Source of the DNA: an uncultured Gemmatimonadota bacterium
GTDB lineage: Bacteria; JAAXHH01; JABIQT01
Length of the DNA stretch: 64,000 nucleotides
Direction of reading: 5' to 3'
NCBI GenBank assembly: GCA_964470965.1
Contig: CAYYIS010000001.1
Location: 79,247-143,246, forward strand
The number at the start of each line of letters is the position of its first letter. The first letter of the stretch is position 1. A program made the translations under genes and the position numbers. Positions 38,882-48,358 of the stretch are shown piece by piece. The notes under the pieces are model-generated. The model saw only the letters and a program-made list of their open reading frames with translations, was not told the DNA's origin and ran no database searches.

Positions 38882-39683
38882 AGTATTCAAACGCGTTGTT
38901 CGATGTCTCCACAAGCCGGATTTTATACAGTTCCGGTGAAGTAAAATGCGGCACCAGTCGATTCCAGATAACCCTGGCGAACTCTTCCGATGTCGGGTTT
39001 ACCGATCGAAATTCTTCTAGATCTTCGTTCAGGTTCTTGTGATCAAACCGGTTCAGGACCTCGGATTCGATAACACGATCCAGTTCCCCCAGCGCCATGA
39101 CCGTTCCGGTCTTCATGTCGATCGTACCTCTTACCGTGACTTCGAGCTGATAGTTGTGCCCGTGCCCGTTCGGGTTGTTGCATTTACCAAATAGGAGGGC
39201 ATTTTCTTCATCGCTGAGCATCGGGCTGTGAAGCCGGTGCGCCGCGTTGAATTCAATCTGCCGTGTTACATACATCATATCATCTCCTCCGTAATATTCT
39301 ATGTATCTTGTTCTGCTTTCATGGAGGCGAACCCGAAAAAGCGTACAACCTCTCACCCCCGGATACAACCTGTTCCAAAGTGCGTAGGTGAGTATCTCCG
39401 ATGACGGTACCAAGCCCTGGAACTCCATGACATCGTGGTTCAGGTGCGTCATATCCAGCACACCGACCGTATCGTTGAGGATCTGCTTGATGTCGACCAG
39501 GTTGACGACAATACTGGACTCTGCCCGAATCACTCCTTTTACGGTAACTTCACAAATATAATCATGTCCATGGCCGGATCCCATCGCGCAGGCACCGTAC
39601 TGCCGAAGGTTCTGCTGTTCCGTCCAACGGATGTTTCGGCATGCGTGGGCTGCGGAGAACCTGATTTTCCGGGTGAGATACAT
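38853..39683 (-). CDS. tandem (duplicated) 6-pyruvoyl-tetrahydropterin synthase / QueD-family protein
   Basis: Two PTPS domains in one 276-aa ORF: FSAAHAC...[11 protein letters not shown] and FNAAHRL...[13 protein letters not shown]. Confidence 0.85.
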   Translation of the reverse strand: MYLTRKIRFSAAHACRNIRWTEQQNLRQYGACAMGSGHGHDYICEVTVKGVIRAESSIVVNLVDIKQILNDTVGVLDMTHLNHDVMEFQGLVPSSEILTYALWNRLYPGVRGCTLFRVRLHESRTRYIEYYGGDDMMYVTRQIEFNAAHRLHSPMLSDEENALLFGKCNNPNGHGHNYQLEVTVRGTIDMKTGTVMALGELDRVIESEVLNRFDHKNLNEDLEEFRSVNPTSEEFARVIWNRLVPHFTSPELYKIRLVETSNNAFEYYGEIDGRPY

Positions 39684-39710
39684 TTTAGTCTATTAAGATC
39701 CCATTTTAAT

Positions 39711-40640
39711 TTATTTTCGCTCAAATGCTTGGGCCAGGGCCTTAGGCGGTTGTGATCGGTTGGCGAATATCACCAGAACCACCAGGGTCAGAACATACGG
39801 GAGCATCAGGAAGAACTGATACGGAACCGTCGAACCGACCGCCTGTAACTGGAATTGCACCGCGTTGGCTAGTCCGAACACTAGCGCGGCACCCATGACA
39901 CCTGTCGGATGCCAGCGTCCGAATATCACGATGGCCAGGGCGATAAAGCCTCGGCCAGACGACATACCTTCGATGAATGTATTGGCATGGGCGAGAGACA
40001 GGTAGCCGCCCCCGGCACCTGCCAGCGCGCCGCTGACGAGAATGCAGCAGAAGCGTACCTTCTGAACCGGAATACCGGCGCTGTCTGCCGCCCCCGGTTG
40101 TTCCCCTGCCGCCCGAATGATAAGGCCGAGGGAAGTGTAGTAAAGCAACCAGGCGGAAACCGGTACAAGCATGAAGCCAATGTACACAGGTGCTGTATGC
40201 CCCGAGATAACATCGCCAAGAAATGGGACAGACGCAATACCCGGGATCGCAAGGGGTTCGAATGTCTGTACGGCCAGGGTGGAGCCGGTTACTCCGAAGA
40301 TTTGCCGGTAAATCACTCCCGTTAGGCCCAGCGCCAGGATGTTGATCGCTGCACCGGCGACGATCTGATCGGCGCCCACGTATATAGCGACCAGTGAAAA
40401 AACACCTGCCAGTACCAAACCGGCAGCCATGCCTACCATCAAGCCGATCCACGCGCTGCCGGTGAAATATGATCCGACCATTCCACCCAGGGCGCCGGTA
40501 AGCATCATACCCTCGAGACCAATATTGACAACTCCGGAACGTTCCGCAAAGATTTCACCGATCGAGGTTACCAAAAGCGGTAGAGACAGTTTGATGCCCG
40601 CCCGAATGAGGCTGACTATGAGAATGAGGTCCAAACTCAT
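39711..40640 (-). CDS. ABC transporter permease (BMP/nucleoside-type system)
   Basis: Multi-TM protein. ATGA overlap with the upstream permease gene. Confidence 0.8.
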   Translation of the reverse strand: MSLDLILIVSLIRAGIKLSLPLLVTSIGEIFAERSGVVNIGLEGMMLTGALGGMVGSYFTGSAWIGLMVGMAAGLVLAGVFSLVAIYVGADQIVAGAAINILALGLTGVIYRQIFGVTGSTLAVQTFEPLAIPGIASVPFLGDVISGHTAPVYIGFMLVPVSAWLLYYTSLGLIIRAAGEQPGAADSAGIPVQKVRFCCILVSGALAGAGGGYLSLAHANTFIEGMSSGRGFIALAIVIFGRWHPTGVMGAALVFGLANAVQFQLQAVGSTVPYQFFLMLPYVLTLVVLVIFANRSQPPKALAQAFERK

Positions 40641-41659
40641 ACCGCCTTCCTCCATCGTTTTTCATAGACCGCGCCCATCACCACGAAAAGCAGAATCAGC
40701 GCTTGGACAATATAGACCATACCGCTTGAAACTCCGGCCACGCGTTGCATGCCGCTCGTGCCTGTGGCCAGTGTACCGAACAGAAGCGCAGCAGGGACAA
40801 CTGCCACCGGGTGCAGCCGGGCTAGCAACGCTACGGCAATGGCAGTATAGCCGTAGCCGCTGCCAAACTGTTCGTACAACCTGTAGGTTACCCCCGACAA
40901 TTCCACGGCACCGGCCAATCCGGCCAAACCACCGCTCAGGCACATGGTCTGCACCATAGAGGCTCGGATGTCTATACCTGCCGAGTCAGCCGCTTCCATG
41001 TTCATGCCGACCGCCCGAACACGGTATCCGAATACGGACCGGAACAGTATTAGCCAGATCAGTCCGGCACAGCACACGGCTAATATGATTCCAGTGTGTA
41101 ACCGGGACGGCGGAAACCAGCGGGAGAGCCGAAAGCCATCTGCCAGTGGATCGGTCTGAGGGAACTGCTCGGAAGCTTCCATCAGAGGACCGTGTACCGC
41201 ATATCCGACCAGTTGGATCGCCACGAAGTTCAACATGATCGTACTGATGATTTCCTGTACATGCCTTTCGATTTTCAAATAGCCGGCCAGCCCGCCCCAT
41301 AAAGCCCCCGCGGCAATACCTGTCAGCAGAAGAGCAGGCGTTGCTATATAGTTCGGCCAGGCGACCAAAAAAGGCGCCGCACCCGCGGCCGCCAGGGCTC
41401 CCATCAGAAATTGCCCTTCTGCGCCGATATTCCATATTCCGCACCGGAATGCTAAAGACACCGCCAATCCGGTGAGGATCAGCGGGCAGCTCCTTAATAA
41501 GGTTTCGCCCAGGCTGTATGGGCTCCCGAACGCTCCGTCGACAAACGCGGCGCCTGCAAGCACGGGATCGTATCCGGACAGAATGATTATCATTCCACCG
41601 GCTGTCAGCGCAGTGAAAATAGCGATCAGGGGGATGAACCAGACGGTGGTATGTGACAT
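40637..41659 (-). CDS. ABC transporter permease (BMP/nucleoside-type system)
   Basis: Multi-TM protein of 340 aa, lying between the ATPase and the second permease. Confidence 0.8.
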   Translation of the reverse strand: MSHTTVWFIPLIAIFTALTAGGMIIILSGYDPVLAGAAFVDGAFGSPYSLGETLLRSCPLILTGLAVSLAFRCGIWNIGAEGQFLMGALAAAGAAPFLVAWPNYIATPALLLTGIAAGALWGGLAGYLKIERHVQEIISTIMLNFVAIQLVGYAVHGPLMEASEQFPQTDPLADGFRLSRWFPPSRLHTGIILAVCCAGLIWLILFRSVFGYRVRAVGMNMEAADSAGIDIRASMVQTMCLSGGLAGLAGAVELSGVTYRLYEQFGSGYGYTAIAVALLARLHPVAVVPAALLFGTLATGTSGMQRVAGVSSGMVYIVQALILLFVVMGAVYEKRWRKAV

Positions 41660-41668
41660 GACACCTTA

Positions 41669-43159
41669 TTACCCAACCATCAATTTGCCTATCACCTGTC
41701 GAGGGGTTCCGGATGGAAAAATATGCACGAGACGCCCGTTGAACATCACCGCGATTCGATCGCTCAGGGCTAGCACTTCGTCCAGTTCCGTGGAAATGAG
41801 AAGAATGCTCGCACCCGCTTCACGTCGTTCCAGTAATCGTCGATGAATGGCGTTTGTAGCATGGATATCGATGCCTCGCGCGGGATTGAAAGCTACGAGA
41901 AAGTCCGGATCCCGGGCAAGTTCACGGGCGAACACTACTTTCTGCTGGTTGCCGCCCGATAGTGTTGACGCCGCTGCACCGCTGCCCTGACTCCGTATGT
42001 CAAATCGTTCCATGAGTTCCCGGGCGTGCGACCTGATACCGGTGGTGTCGAGTACTCCGCAACGACTGTACGCGTTCAGATATTCTTCGTTTAGAATCAA
42101 GTTTTCTTCAACGGAAAAACCCAGTATGAGGCCCGTTGCCTGACGGTCCTGTGGAATATAGGAAACGCGCTGTGCGTAGCGTTCTCTGATTGATTGGTCG
42201 GTGATATCTTTGCCACGCAGCGTCACAGACCCCTCATGCACCCGGCACAACCCCGTCAATGCTTCGGCCAATTCCCGCTGACCGTTTCCGTCAACACCCG
42301 CAACACCAAGAATCTCACCGGCGTGAATTTCAAATGAGACATCTACTAACGCATCCAACCCCTGTTTATCCTTAACCGAGAGGTTTTGCACGGCAACCAC
42401 CGCTTCTTTCGATGGAGGATTGTCCTGGCGTCGTACCCTATCTATTTCGTGTCCCACCATCATTCTTGTCAGATCGTCCGGTGAGGTGTCTACCGTATCC
42501 ATCACACCAACTTCTTTGCCGTGGCGCAGCACGGTTACTCGGTCACAGAGAGCCATAACCTCGCCCAATTTGTGGCTTATGAATATGACGGAATTTCCGT
42601 CCTCCCGGAATTTCCGGAGGATAACAAACAGGTTCTCCGTTTCCTGCGGAGAAAGCACTGCGGTTGGTTCATCAAGGATTAGCGTTCGGGCACCGCGCCA
42701 CAGTGCTTTCAGGATCTCCAAGCGCTGCTGCGCGCCAACCGGAAGTTGGCGAACCGGGACATCAGGGTCTACATCGAAACCATGCTGTTGTGCAAATGTC
42801 CGGACTTCCTCGGAAAGGGCTCGCCGATCAAGCCACCAACGGTCAGCGCGCTGTTCTCCCAGAATCAAATTTTCTGCAACCGTAAAGTCCGGCGTCAGCA
42901 TGACATGCTGGTGAATCATTCCGATCCCTAGGTCGATCGCATCCCTGGGCGACTGAATATTCACAGCTTTCCGGCTTACGGTTATACGGCCAGAATCCGC
43001 ATGATGCAGACCGTATAGAATATTCATGAGAGTGGTTTTACCTGCGCCGTTTTCACCGAGTAACGCATGGATCTGGCCGGGGCGCAATTCTAATGAAACG
43101 TCCTCAACCGCGGCTGCAGCATTGAAATACTTGTGTATGCCGCGCATGGAAATTTGCAC
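41669..43159 (-). CDS. ABC transporter ATP-binding protein with two ATPase domains
   Basis: Walker A GENGAGKTT, signature LSGGNQQK, duplicated NBD architecture; 496 aa. Confidence 0.9.
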   Translation of the reverse strand: MQISMRGIHKYFNAAAAVEDVSLELRPGQIHALLGENGAGKTTLMNILYGLHHADSGRITVSRKAVNIQSPRDAIDLGIGMIHQHVMLTPDFTVAENLILGEQRADRWWLDRRALSEEVRTFAQQHGFDVDPDVPVRQLPVGAQQRLEILKALWRGARTLILDEPTAVLSPQETENLFVILRKFREDGNSVIFISHKLGEVMALCDRVTVLRHGKEVGVMDTVDTSPDDLTRMMVGHEIDRVRRQDNPPSKEAVVAVQNLSVKDKQGLDALVDVSFEIHAGEILGVAGVDGNGQRELAEALTGLCRVHEGSVTLRGKDITDQSIRERYAQRVSYIPQDRQATGLILGFSVEENLILNEEYLNAYSRCGVLDTTGIRSHARELMERFDIRSQGSGAAASTLSGGNQQKVVFARELARDPDFLVAFNPARGIDIHATNAIHRRLLERREAGASILLISTELDEVLALSDRIAVMFNGRLVHIFPSGTPRQVIGKLMVG

Positions 43160-43162
43160 GGC

Positions 43163-44152
43163 TTAAAATTCTTTCGGTACGACCAGGTCGCCGCTCAATA
43201 TCTGTTGACGGTAGGCCTCCAACTCGTCCCGGATTTCTTTGTTGATTCGGTCGTGCAGTTTCTCATTGACTGCCAGATGAACCACACCTTCTTTCATGCC
43301 CAGACGGCGTATGTCAGCAATGAAAGTATCGGTCCAGACCTCTTTTGCCACTGCGAGCATTGCGTTGGGAATGTTTAGAACTGCGCTCGCGAGAATTACA
43401 TCCGGTGCAACCTCATTTTGGTTTTTATTGGAACCGAAAACGAAGACGGAATCCCGTTCCTGTGCCGCCTGGAACACCCCGAGACCTGCTGCATCGGCAT
43501 TATGAAAGATTAAATCCACTCCCTGGTCGATCAGGGCAAGGGTGGCTTCTTTCGCGGCGCCTACATCGTCCCAGTTACCGATATAAGACGCCACAAACTG
43601 AATCCCCGGGTTTACCGCTTTGGCACCGGCATTAAATGCGTCGAAGCTACTCTTTACGGATGGAATTTCCAAACCACCTACTGCACCGATTTTTCCGGTT
43701 TTCGACTGTCGTGCCGCCAGCATTCCTAGCAGGTAGGTAGCCTGTTCGATTTCGAATACGATTGCCGCCACGTTATCTCTCACGGTGGTGCCTGAAGTCG
43801 TGATGAATACGGTTTCAGGAAATTCCCTGGATACAGTTGCCGCCGCATCCTGAAATTCAAAGCCGTGACCGAAAACTAAATCGTAGCCGTCGCTGGCATA
43901 GTCTCTAAATCCCTGTTCGAATTCCGCAGGTGTTTTGGTTTCTACCTGACTGATGTCTGCACCGAGTTCTGCTTTGATCAATTGCAGGCCTTCATATGCA
44001 CCGGCGTTCCAACCTGCGTCACTCACCGGACCAGGTGTCAGCAGGGCAACCTTGAAGGTGTTCGGTGTGTTGTCAGGGGCCGGCCCGCAGAAGGAAAAAA
44101 GAACGAGGATGGCGGTGGAGAAAGCCAGGTGAGATTTGCGAAGCAGATTCAT
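43163..44152 (-). CDS. BMP-family (PnrA/Med-like) substrate-binding lipoprotein
   Basis: Lipobox LFSFC. Conserved VALLTPGPVSDAGWN and GHGFEF patterns of basic-membrane-protein family binding proteins. Confidence 0.8.
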   Translation of the reverse strand: MNLLRKSHLAFSTAILVLFSFCGPAPDNTPNTFKVALLTPGPVSDAGWNAGAYEGLQLIKAELGADISQVETKTPAEFEQGFRDYASDGYDLVFGHGFEFQDAAATVSREFPETVFITTSGTTVRDNVAAIVFEIEQATYLLGMLAARQSKTGKIGAVGGLEIPSVKSSFDAFNAGAKAVNPGIQFVASYIGNWDDVGAAKEATLALIDQGVDLIFHNADAAGLGVFQAAQERDSVFVFGSNKNQNEVAPDVILASAVLNIPNAMLAVAKEVWTDTFIADIRRLGMKEGVVHLAVNEKLHDRINKEIRDELEAYRQQILSGDLVVPKEF

Positions 44153-44153
44153 C

Positions 44154-45131
44154 CTACAACGCCTTTACGGCCTCTGCCGTCACGACGGAAATAGCGTCGG
44201 AAAGCAAACCCTTGAACACGACACCCGAGGCATTGCGATGTCCGCCGCCACCGAGATTTCCCGCTACTCTGTTCACGTCTTTATTGCCCCGGGACCGTAG
44301 GCTGATGCGGATTCTGTCATCCGACGCTTCGACGAATATGATGCCGATTTCGACACCCGCAATTGCCATAGTAGAATCCACGAAACCGCTGGTATCTTCC
44401 GGTGTGGCGCCGGCCTCTGCGATCATGTCCAGGGATACCGAAAGCCAGGCAACCTGACCATCGCCGGCGAAAGATATTCCTGACAGCACGCGCCCCATGA
44501 GGCGCGTGCGTGCTTCTGAATTCTGGTTATACACGAGATCGTAGACGCCAGCGGGCTCGACGCCGGCAGAAAGCAAGCTGGAAGTGATTTTATGGGTGAC
44601 CGGTGATGTATTTGCGAAGCGAAAGGAGCCGGTATCCGTCAGAATGCCCGTATACAGGCCATCCGCGGCTCTTCGGGACAGTGGTCCGCCATGGGCGGTG
44701 ATAAGGTTAAAGATTAGTTCAGCGGTCGAACAGGCGCCAGTGTCAACGATGGTTATGGGAGTTATCTCGTCCCGGAACGGATGATGATCGATGACTGCTT
44801 TGACCGCCGCCGCTTCACGTATCACTTCACCTATGATGCCGAGACGTTCCCAGCTGTTGACGTCCAGAATAAAAACAGCGTCCGCAGACGTGATTGTACT
44901 GAAATCGTCTTCTGTGGCCGGGGCAATCATTTCGCCGTCCGGGTCGAGCCACTGGTAGACCATCGGTATAGCATCGCTCGTCATGACTACAGCTTCTTTT
45001 CCGCGGGCTTTCAGAAATTCACAGAGCGCCAGCGCCGAACCGACGGAATCGCCATCCGGATTCACATGACTGGTGACCACGAACGTCTGGTTCGATTCGA
45101 TAACCCGTTCAATTTCAGTCCACATAAACAC
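44154..45131 (-). CDS. nrnA: DHH/DHHA1 phosphoesterase (NrnA-like oligoribonuclease / pAp phosphatase)
   Basis: SHVNPDGDSVGS, VIDHHP, GGGHRNASG motifs. Confidence 0.75.
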   Translation of the reverse strand: MFMWTEIERVIESNQTFVVTSHVNPDGDSVGSALALCEFLKARGKEAVVMTSDAIPMVYQWLDPDGEMIAPATEDDFSTITSADAVFILDVNSWERLGIIGEVIREAAAVKAVIDHHPFRDEITPITIVDTGACSTAELIFNLITAHGGPLSRRAADGLYTGILTDTGSFRFANTSPVTHKITSSLLSAGVEPAGVYDLVYNQNSEARTRLMGRVLSGISFAGDGQVAWLSVSLDMIAEAGATPEDTSGFVDSTMAIAGVEIGIIFVEASDDRIRISLRSRGNKDVNRVAGNLGGGGHRNASGVVFKGLLSDAISVVTAEAVKAL

Positions 45132-45153
45132 CCCTCATGACAATACCCGATCC

Positions 45154-45990
45154 TCAAGCGGCGGGAATGTCCTTACCTTCCCCGATCAACACACAGGCCG
45201 CACCCAGCCCAACAATACCGGGAACGTTAAGCGTTCCGGAACGCCAACCTTTTTCCTGGCCGCCACCATCGATCAGTGGCACAAGGTTTATTCTGGGCTT
45301 TCGGCTTCGAACGTACAACGCGCCGACACCGGGCGGTCCGCCTATGCCGTTTCCATCAATGGATAGTAGATGGATATCATTTGCCTGCACATCTATCGTA
45401 TGATGCTCTACGATATCCGTGGCATCGACATGGAAGAAGACATCCGCGCTCTTCGCCAGTCTGCCAGTGGTCACGATCCGCTCCGGAATATCGTGTCCGT
45501 TTGGCCGGAGCGAAAGGGTGATAAAATTGGTGCAGTCTGTAATCGCAGCCCGTAACGTATCCGGGTCAGGGCACCCGGTTTCATCCGCTTCAAGCCGGGT
45601 GACGTAATAGTTCCCTTCTTCTTCCAGGACCAGACATGTTTCGAGAATGGACGGATGGGCGCAGGTTGTCGTTATGATGTGATTACCGCGATGGGCGTAT
45701 GTTTCCGCAACCCCGTTGACAGCCAAAATGTTGGACTCGCCACCACCGCTCGAAAAAATTATCTCCCGCCCTGCCCGTGCGTGGATCATGCCCGCGATTT
45801 GTTGCCGCGCGTAATCACAGGCGTCCTGTGCCGCCCAGCCGAAGGAGTGGTTCAGACTGGCCGGGTTGCCGAATCGATCCGTCAAATAGGGCAGCATGGC
45901 ATCGAACACGCGGGGGTCCGTCCGCCGAGGATCATGACCCGGTGTGAAATCATATGTTGCTGCCATGGCCATATATCCTCTCGCCCACAC
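45154..45990 (-). CDS. truncated, PLP-lysine-less cysteine-desulfurase (NifS/IscS)-like ORF (pseudoenzyme or gene remnant)
   Basis: Aligns by eye with IscS residues about 1-280 (FGNPAS..H.FGW, HVDAT, GPPGVGALYVR, RSGTLNVPGIVGLG). SGHK is replaced by DGNG, and the C-terminal third with the catalytic Cys loop is absent; the next gene starts 22 nt downstream. Confidence 0.7.
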   Translation of the reverse strand: MWARGYMAMAATYDFTPGHDPRRTDPRVFDAMLPYLTDRFGNPASLNHSFGWAAQDACDYARQQIAGMIHARAGREIIFSSGGGESNILAVNGVAETYAHRGNHIITTTCAHPSILETCLVLEEEGNYYVTRLEADETGCPDPDTLRAAITDCTNFITLSLRPNGHDIPERIVTTGRLAKSADVFFHVDATDIVEHHTIDVQANDIHLLSIDGNGIGGPPGVGALYVRSRKPRINLVPLIDGGGQEKGWRSGTLNVPGIVGLGAACVLIGEGKDIPAA

Positions 45991-46190
45991 CCCAATTCCT
46001 TCTCAAAGCCCTCAATAATATGATTTAAACAGTCCACAGTCAAGTCAAATCTTAACCATAACATAAGGATTTGATTAAAGGTTATGCTATGTTTACGACC
46101 GTGATTTTTCAGGTCAGGATTGACACGGTACTCTACAGACCCTATTGTAAAGAAGCTTTTAGACCATGCGACCGTTATGAGGAGCCTGTC

Positions 46191-46904
46191 TTGAATTCAA
46201 TAGTGGTATTTGCAAAGGATCCACGGCCCGGATCCGTTAAGACGCGCCTCACGCCGTTTCTATCGCCGGAAGAAGCGGCTGATCTCTATAAGGCGTTGAT
46301 CCGGGACACGCTTCGGACAGCATTATGCGTGCCCGGGGCGCAAACCAGGGTCGCGTTCACGCCGGAAGAAGCGGAGACGTCCCTCTGGTCGCTGGCCGAA
46401 AGCAAAGCGATCGAATGGTTTCCTCAGTCCGGCGATTCTTTAGGCTCTCGGCTTCAGGCAGCATTCCACCATGCTTTTCAACATGGTGCCTCCCGGGTGG
46501 TGACGATCGGCAGTGACTGCCCGTCCTTACAGCCTTCCGTACTGTCATTGGCTCTCGATGCTCTGTCGGGATCGGATGTGGTGCTGGGACCTGCCACGGA
46601 CGGTGGCTATTATCTAATTGGATTGGCCAACAAGGGATCCGAAAACGATCGGTATAGAACGCTATTCAAGGATATCGCCTGGAGTACGGAAACAGTCTAT
46701 GAGCAGACACTCGAGGCCATTGACGACCTTAGGCTTTCGCTCATGGAACTCCCGGAGTGTTCCGATGTGGATCAGCCGGCGGATCTCCTGCGGCTGATCC
46801 GTCAGATTCGGTCGCACAGGGATGCCGGTGATCTGGAATTCGCAATGCATACGGAGCCCAAGCTTCACGCCCTCCGCGCTAGAATCGAAACGGCATCAAT
46901 ATGA
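46191..46904 (+). CDS. DUF2064-family (nucleotidyl/glycosyl-transferase-like) protein
   Basis: IVVFAKDPRPGSVKTRLTP...A..LY.A...DT pattern. TTG start 6 nt after GAGGAG. Stop overlaps the next start (ATGA). Confidence 0.65.
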   Translation: MNSIVVFAKDPRPGSVKTRLTPFLSPEEAADLYKALIRDTLRTALCVPGAQTRVAFTPEEAETSLWSLAESKAIEWFPQSGDSLGSRLQAAFHHAFQHGASRVVTIGSDCPSLQPSVLSLALDALSGSDVVLGPATDGGYYLIGLANKGSENDRYRTLFKDIAWSTETVYEQTLEAIDDLRLSLMELPECSDVDQPADLLRLIRQIRSHRDAGDLEFAMHTEPKLHALRARIETASI

Positions 46905-48283
46905 ACGACGATCACCAAATAAAGCGAATTCTCTCGAGACTTCCCTCCGTCAACACTCTCCTGCAACATCCGGTGCTTGCTGCAATCAGTGACGATCACC
47001 CTCGGCCCTTCATAACCGACTCGGTGCGGTTTGTACTGAACGAAGTCCGTTCCGGCATCCTTGGGCGCTCGGATCCACCGGCCGATATTTCAGAAGAGGC
47101 ACTTGTTCAGAAGGTTATAGCTAACATCGGAAAACATGGCGCATCGACTGTACGACCTGTGATAAACGCTACTGGTATTGTATTGCATGATGCGGTGCGT
47201 GCCGCCATGGTCACAGACGCCGCGCGGAATGCAATGATTGAAGCACTGCACCCGGGTATTTCAGATACAGAGACCCGGGCGGAAAAGGCACTCTGTGAGA
47301 TTACCGGTGCCGATGCTGCGTGTCTCCTGCACAGCGACCTGGCTGCGTTGTGGGTTGCGATCGATACGTTTGGGCGCGGAATGGAAGTTGTAATATCCCG
47401 CAGCCATATGGGAGCGCAAGGGACGATACGCATGATGGATCTCTTCGATCGCTGCGGGGTGCATGTGATTGAAGTCGGCGCTACGAACAAGACCCATCTG
47501 AAAGACTACCGGGCGGCCCTGAACGATCGTACCGGCGCCATAGTAAGTATTCAGCCTGCGACCTATGCATTCCGGGGTTTTGCCCAGGATGTTGCTCCGG
47601 AAGATCTGGCTGCTCTTGGCACAAAATATGATGTGCCAGTGTTGCTCGCGGCAGGCCTGACAACATTGACCGCCCCGCCAGTTTCATCCTGGCAGCCGGC
47701 TCTTACGTTAGAGAAAGCGGTCCGATCCGGTGTGTCGATAACGTTAACCGGCAGTGGATTGACCGGCGCACCGCCGTGCGGTATTGCTATCGGGCAATCT
47801 GCTATGATAGTACGTATGAAGCAAAACCCTATGGCCCATTTCCAGGGGGGCGGTCCGGCGGTCTATGCCGGTATGGAAGCGGCATTGCAATCTTTCGATT
47901 TTGCCACGGCAGGCCTTGACCAGCATCCTGCCGGTCGTATGATTCTGGCATCTTCCGATCATGTAAGAGCCAAAGCGGAGCGACTTATGAATCTATGCTG
48001 CGCCGAGCTTGGTCATACAACAACGCTGGATCTCATCGAGACCACCTCCCACCTGACCGGCGTGCGCCTCCCTTCCGAATCCCTCCCCGGATATGGAATT
48101 TCAATACGTCCCGACGCGACAAAGGCGGCATCCCTCTCAAAACTGTTCTATAAATGTACTCCGGTCCTTCTCACGAACTTCGAGGGTGATCGTATCATAT
48201 TAGATCTACGTACGGTTGAAGACACAGAGTTGGAGACCGTAAGCCGTCTCTTAACATCTGTTCTTAAAAACACTTGTATATAA
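46901..48283 (+). CDS. SelA (selenocysteine synthase)-like protein lacking the PLP lysine and other catalytic motifs
   Basis: Colinear with SelA (LPSVNTLL, RPVINATG.VLH, EVGATNKTHLKDY). HTNLGRA becomes HDAVRAA, NNNAAA becomes HSDLAA, and FSGDKLLGGPQAG becomes LTGSGLTGAPPCG. The ORF is intact at 460 codons. Confidence 0.75.
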   Translation: MNDDHQIKRILSRLPSVNTLLQHPVLAAISDDHPRPFITDSVRFVLNEVRSGILGRSDPPADISEEALVQKVIANIGKHGASTVRPVINATGIVLHDAVRAAMVTDAARNAMIEALHPGISDTETRAEKALCEITGADAACLLHSDLAALWVAIDTFGRGMEVVISRSHMGAQGTIRMMDLFDRCGVHVIEVGATNKTHLKDYRAALNDRTGAIVSIQPATYAFRGFAQDVAPEDLAALGTKYDVPVLLAAGLTTLTAPPVSSWQPALTLEKAVRSGVSITLTGSGLTGAPPCGIAIGQSAMIVRMKQNPMAHFQGGGPAVYAGMEAALQSFDFATAGLDQHPAGRMILASSDHVRAKAERLMNLCCAELGHTTTLDLIETTSHLTGVRLPSESLPGYGISIRPDATKAASLSKLFYKCTPVLLTNFEGDRIILDLRTVEDTELETVSRLLTSVLKNTCI

Positions 48284-48358
48284 AAACACGGTACCGTATA
48301 TTACTCGTCTGTGTTTTTAAATATGCAACGGATCTGCTGACATACGAAGGGGAATACC

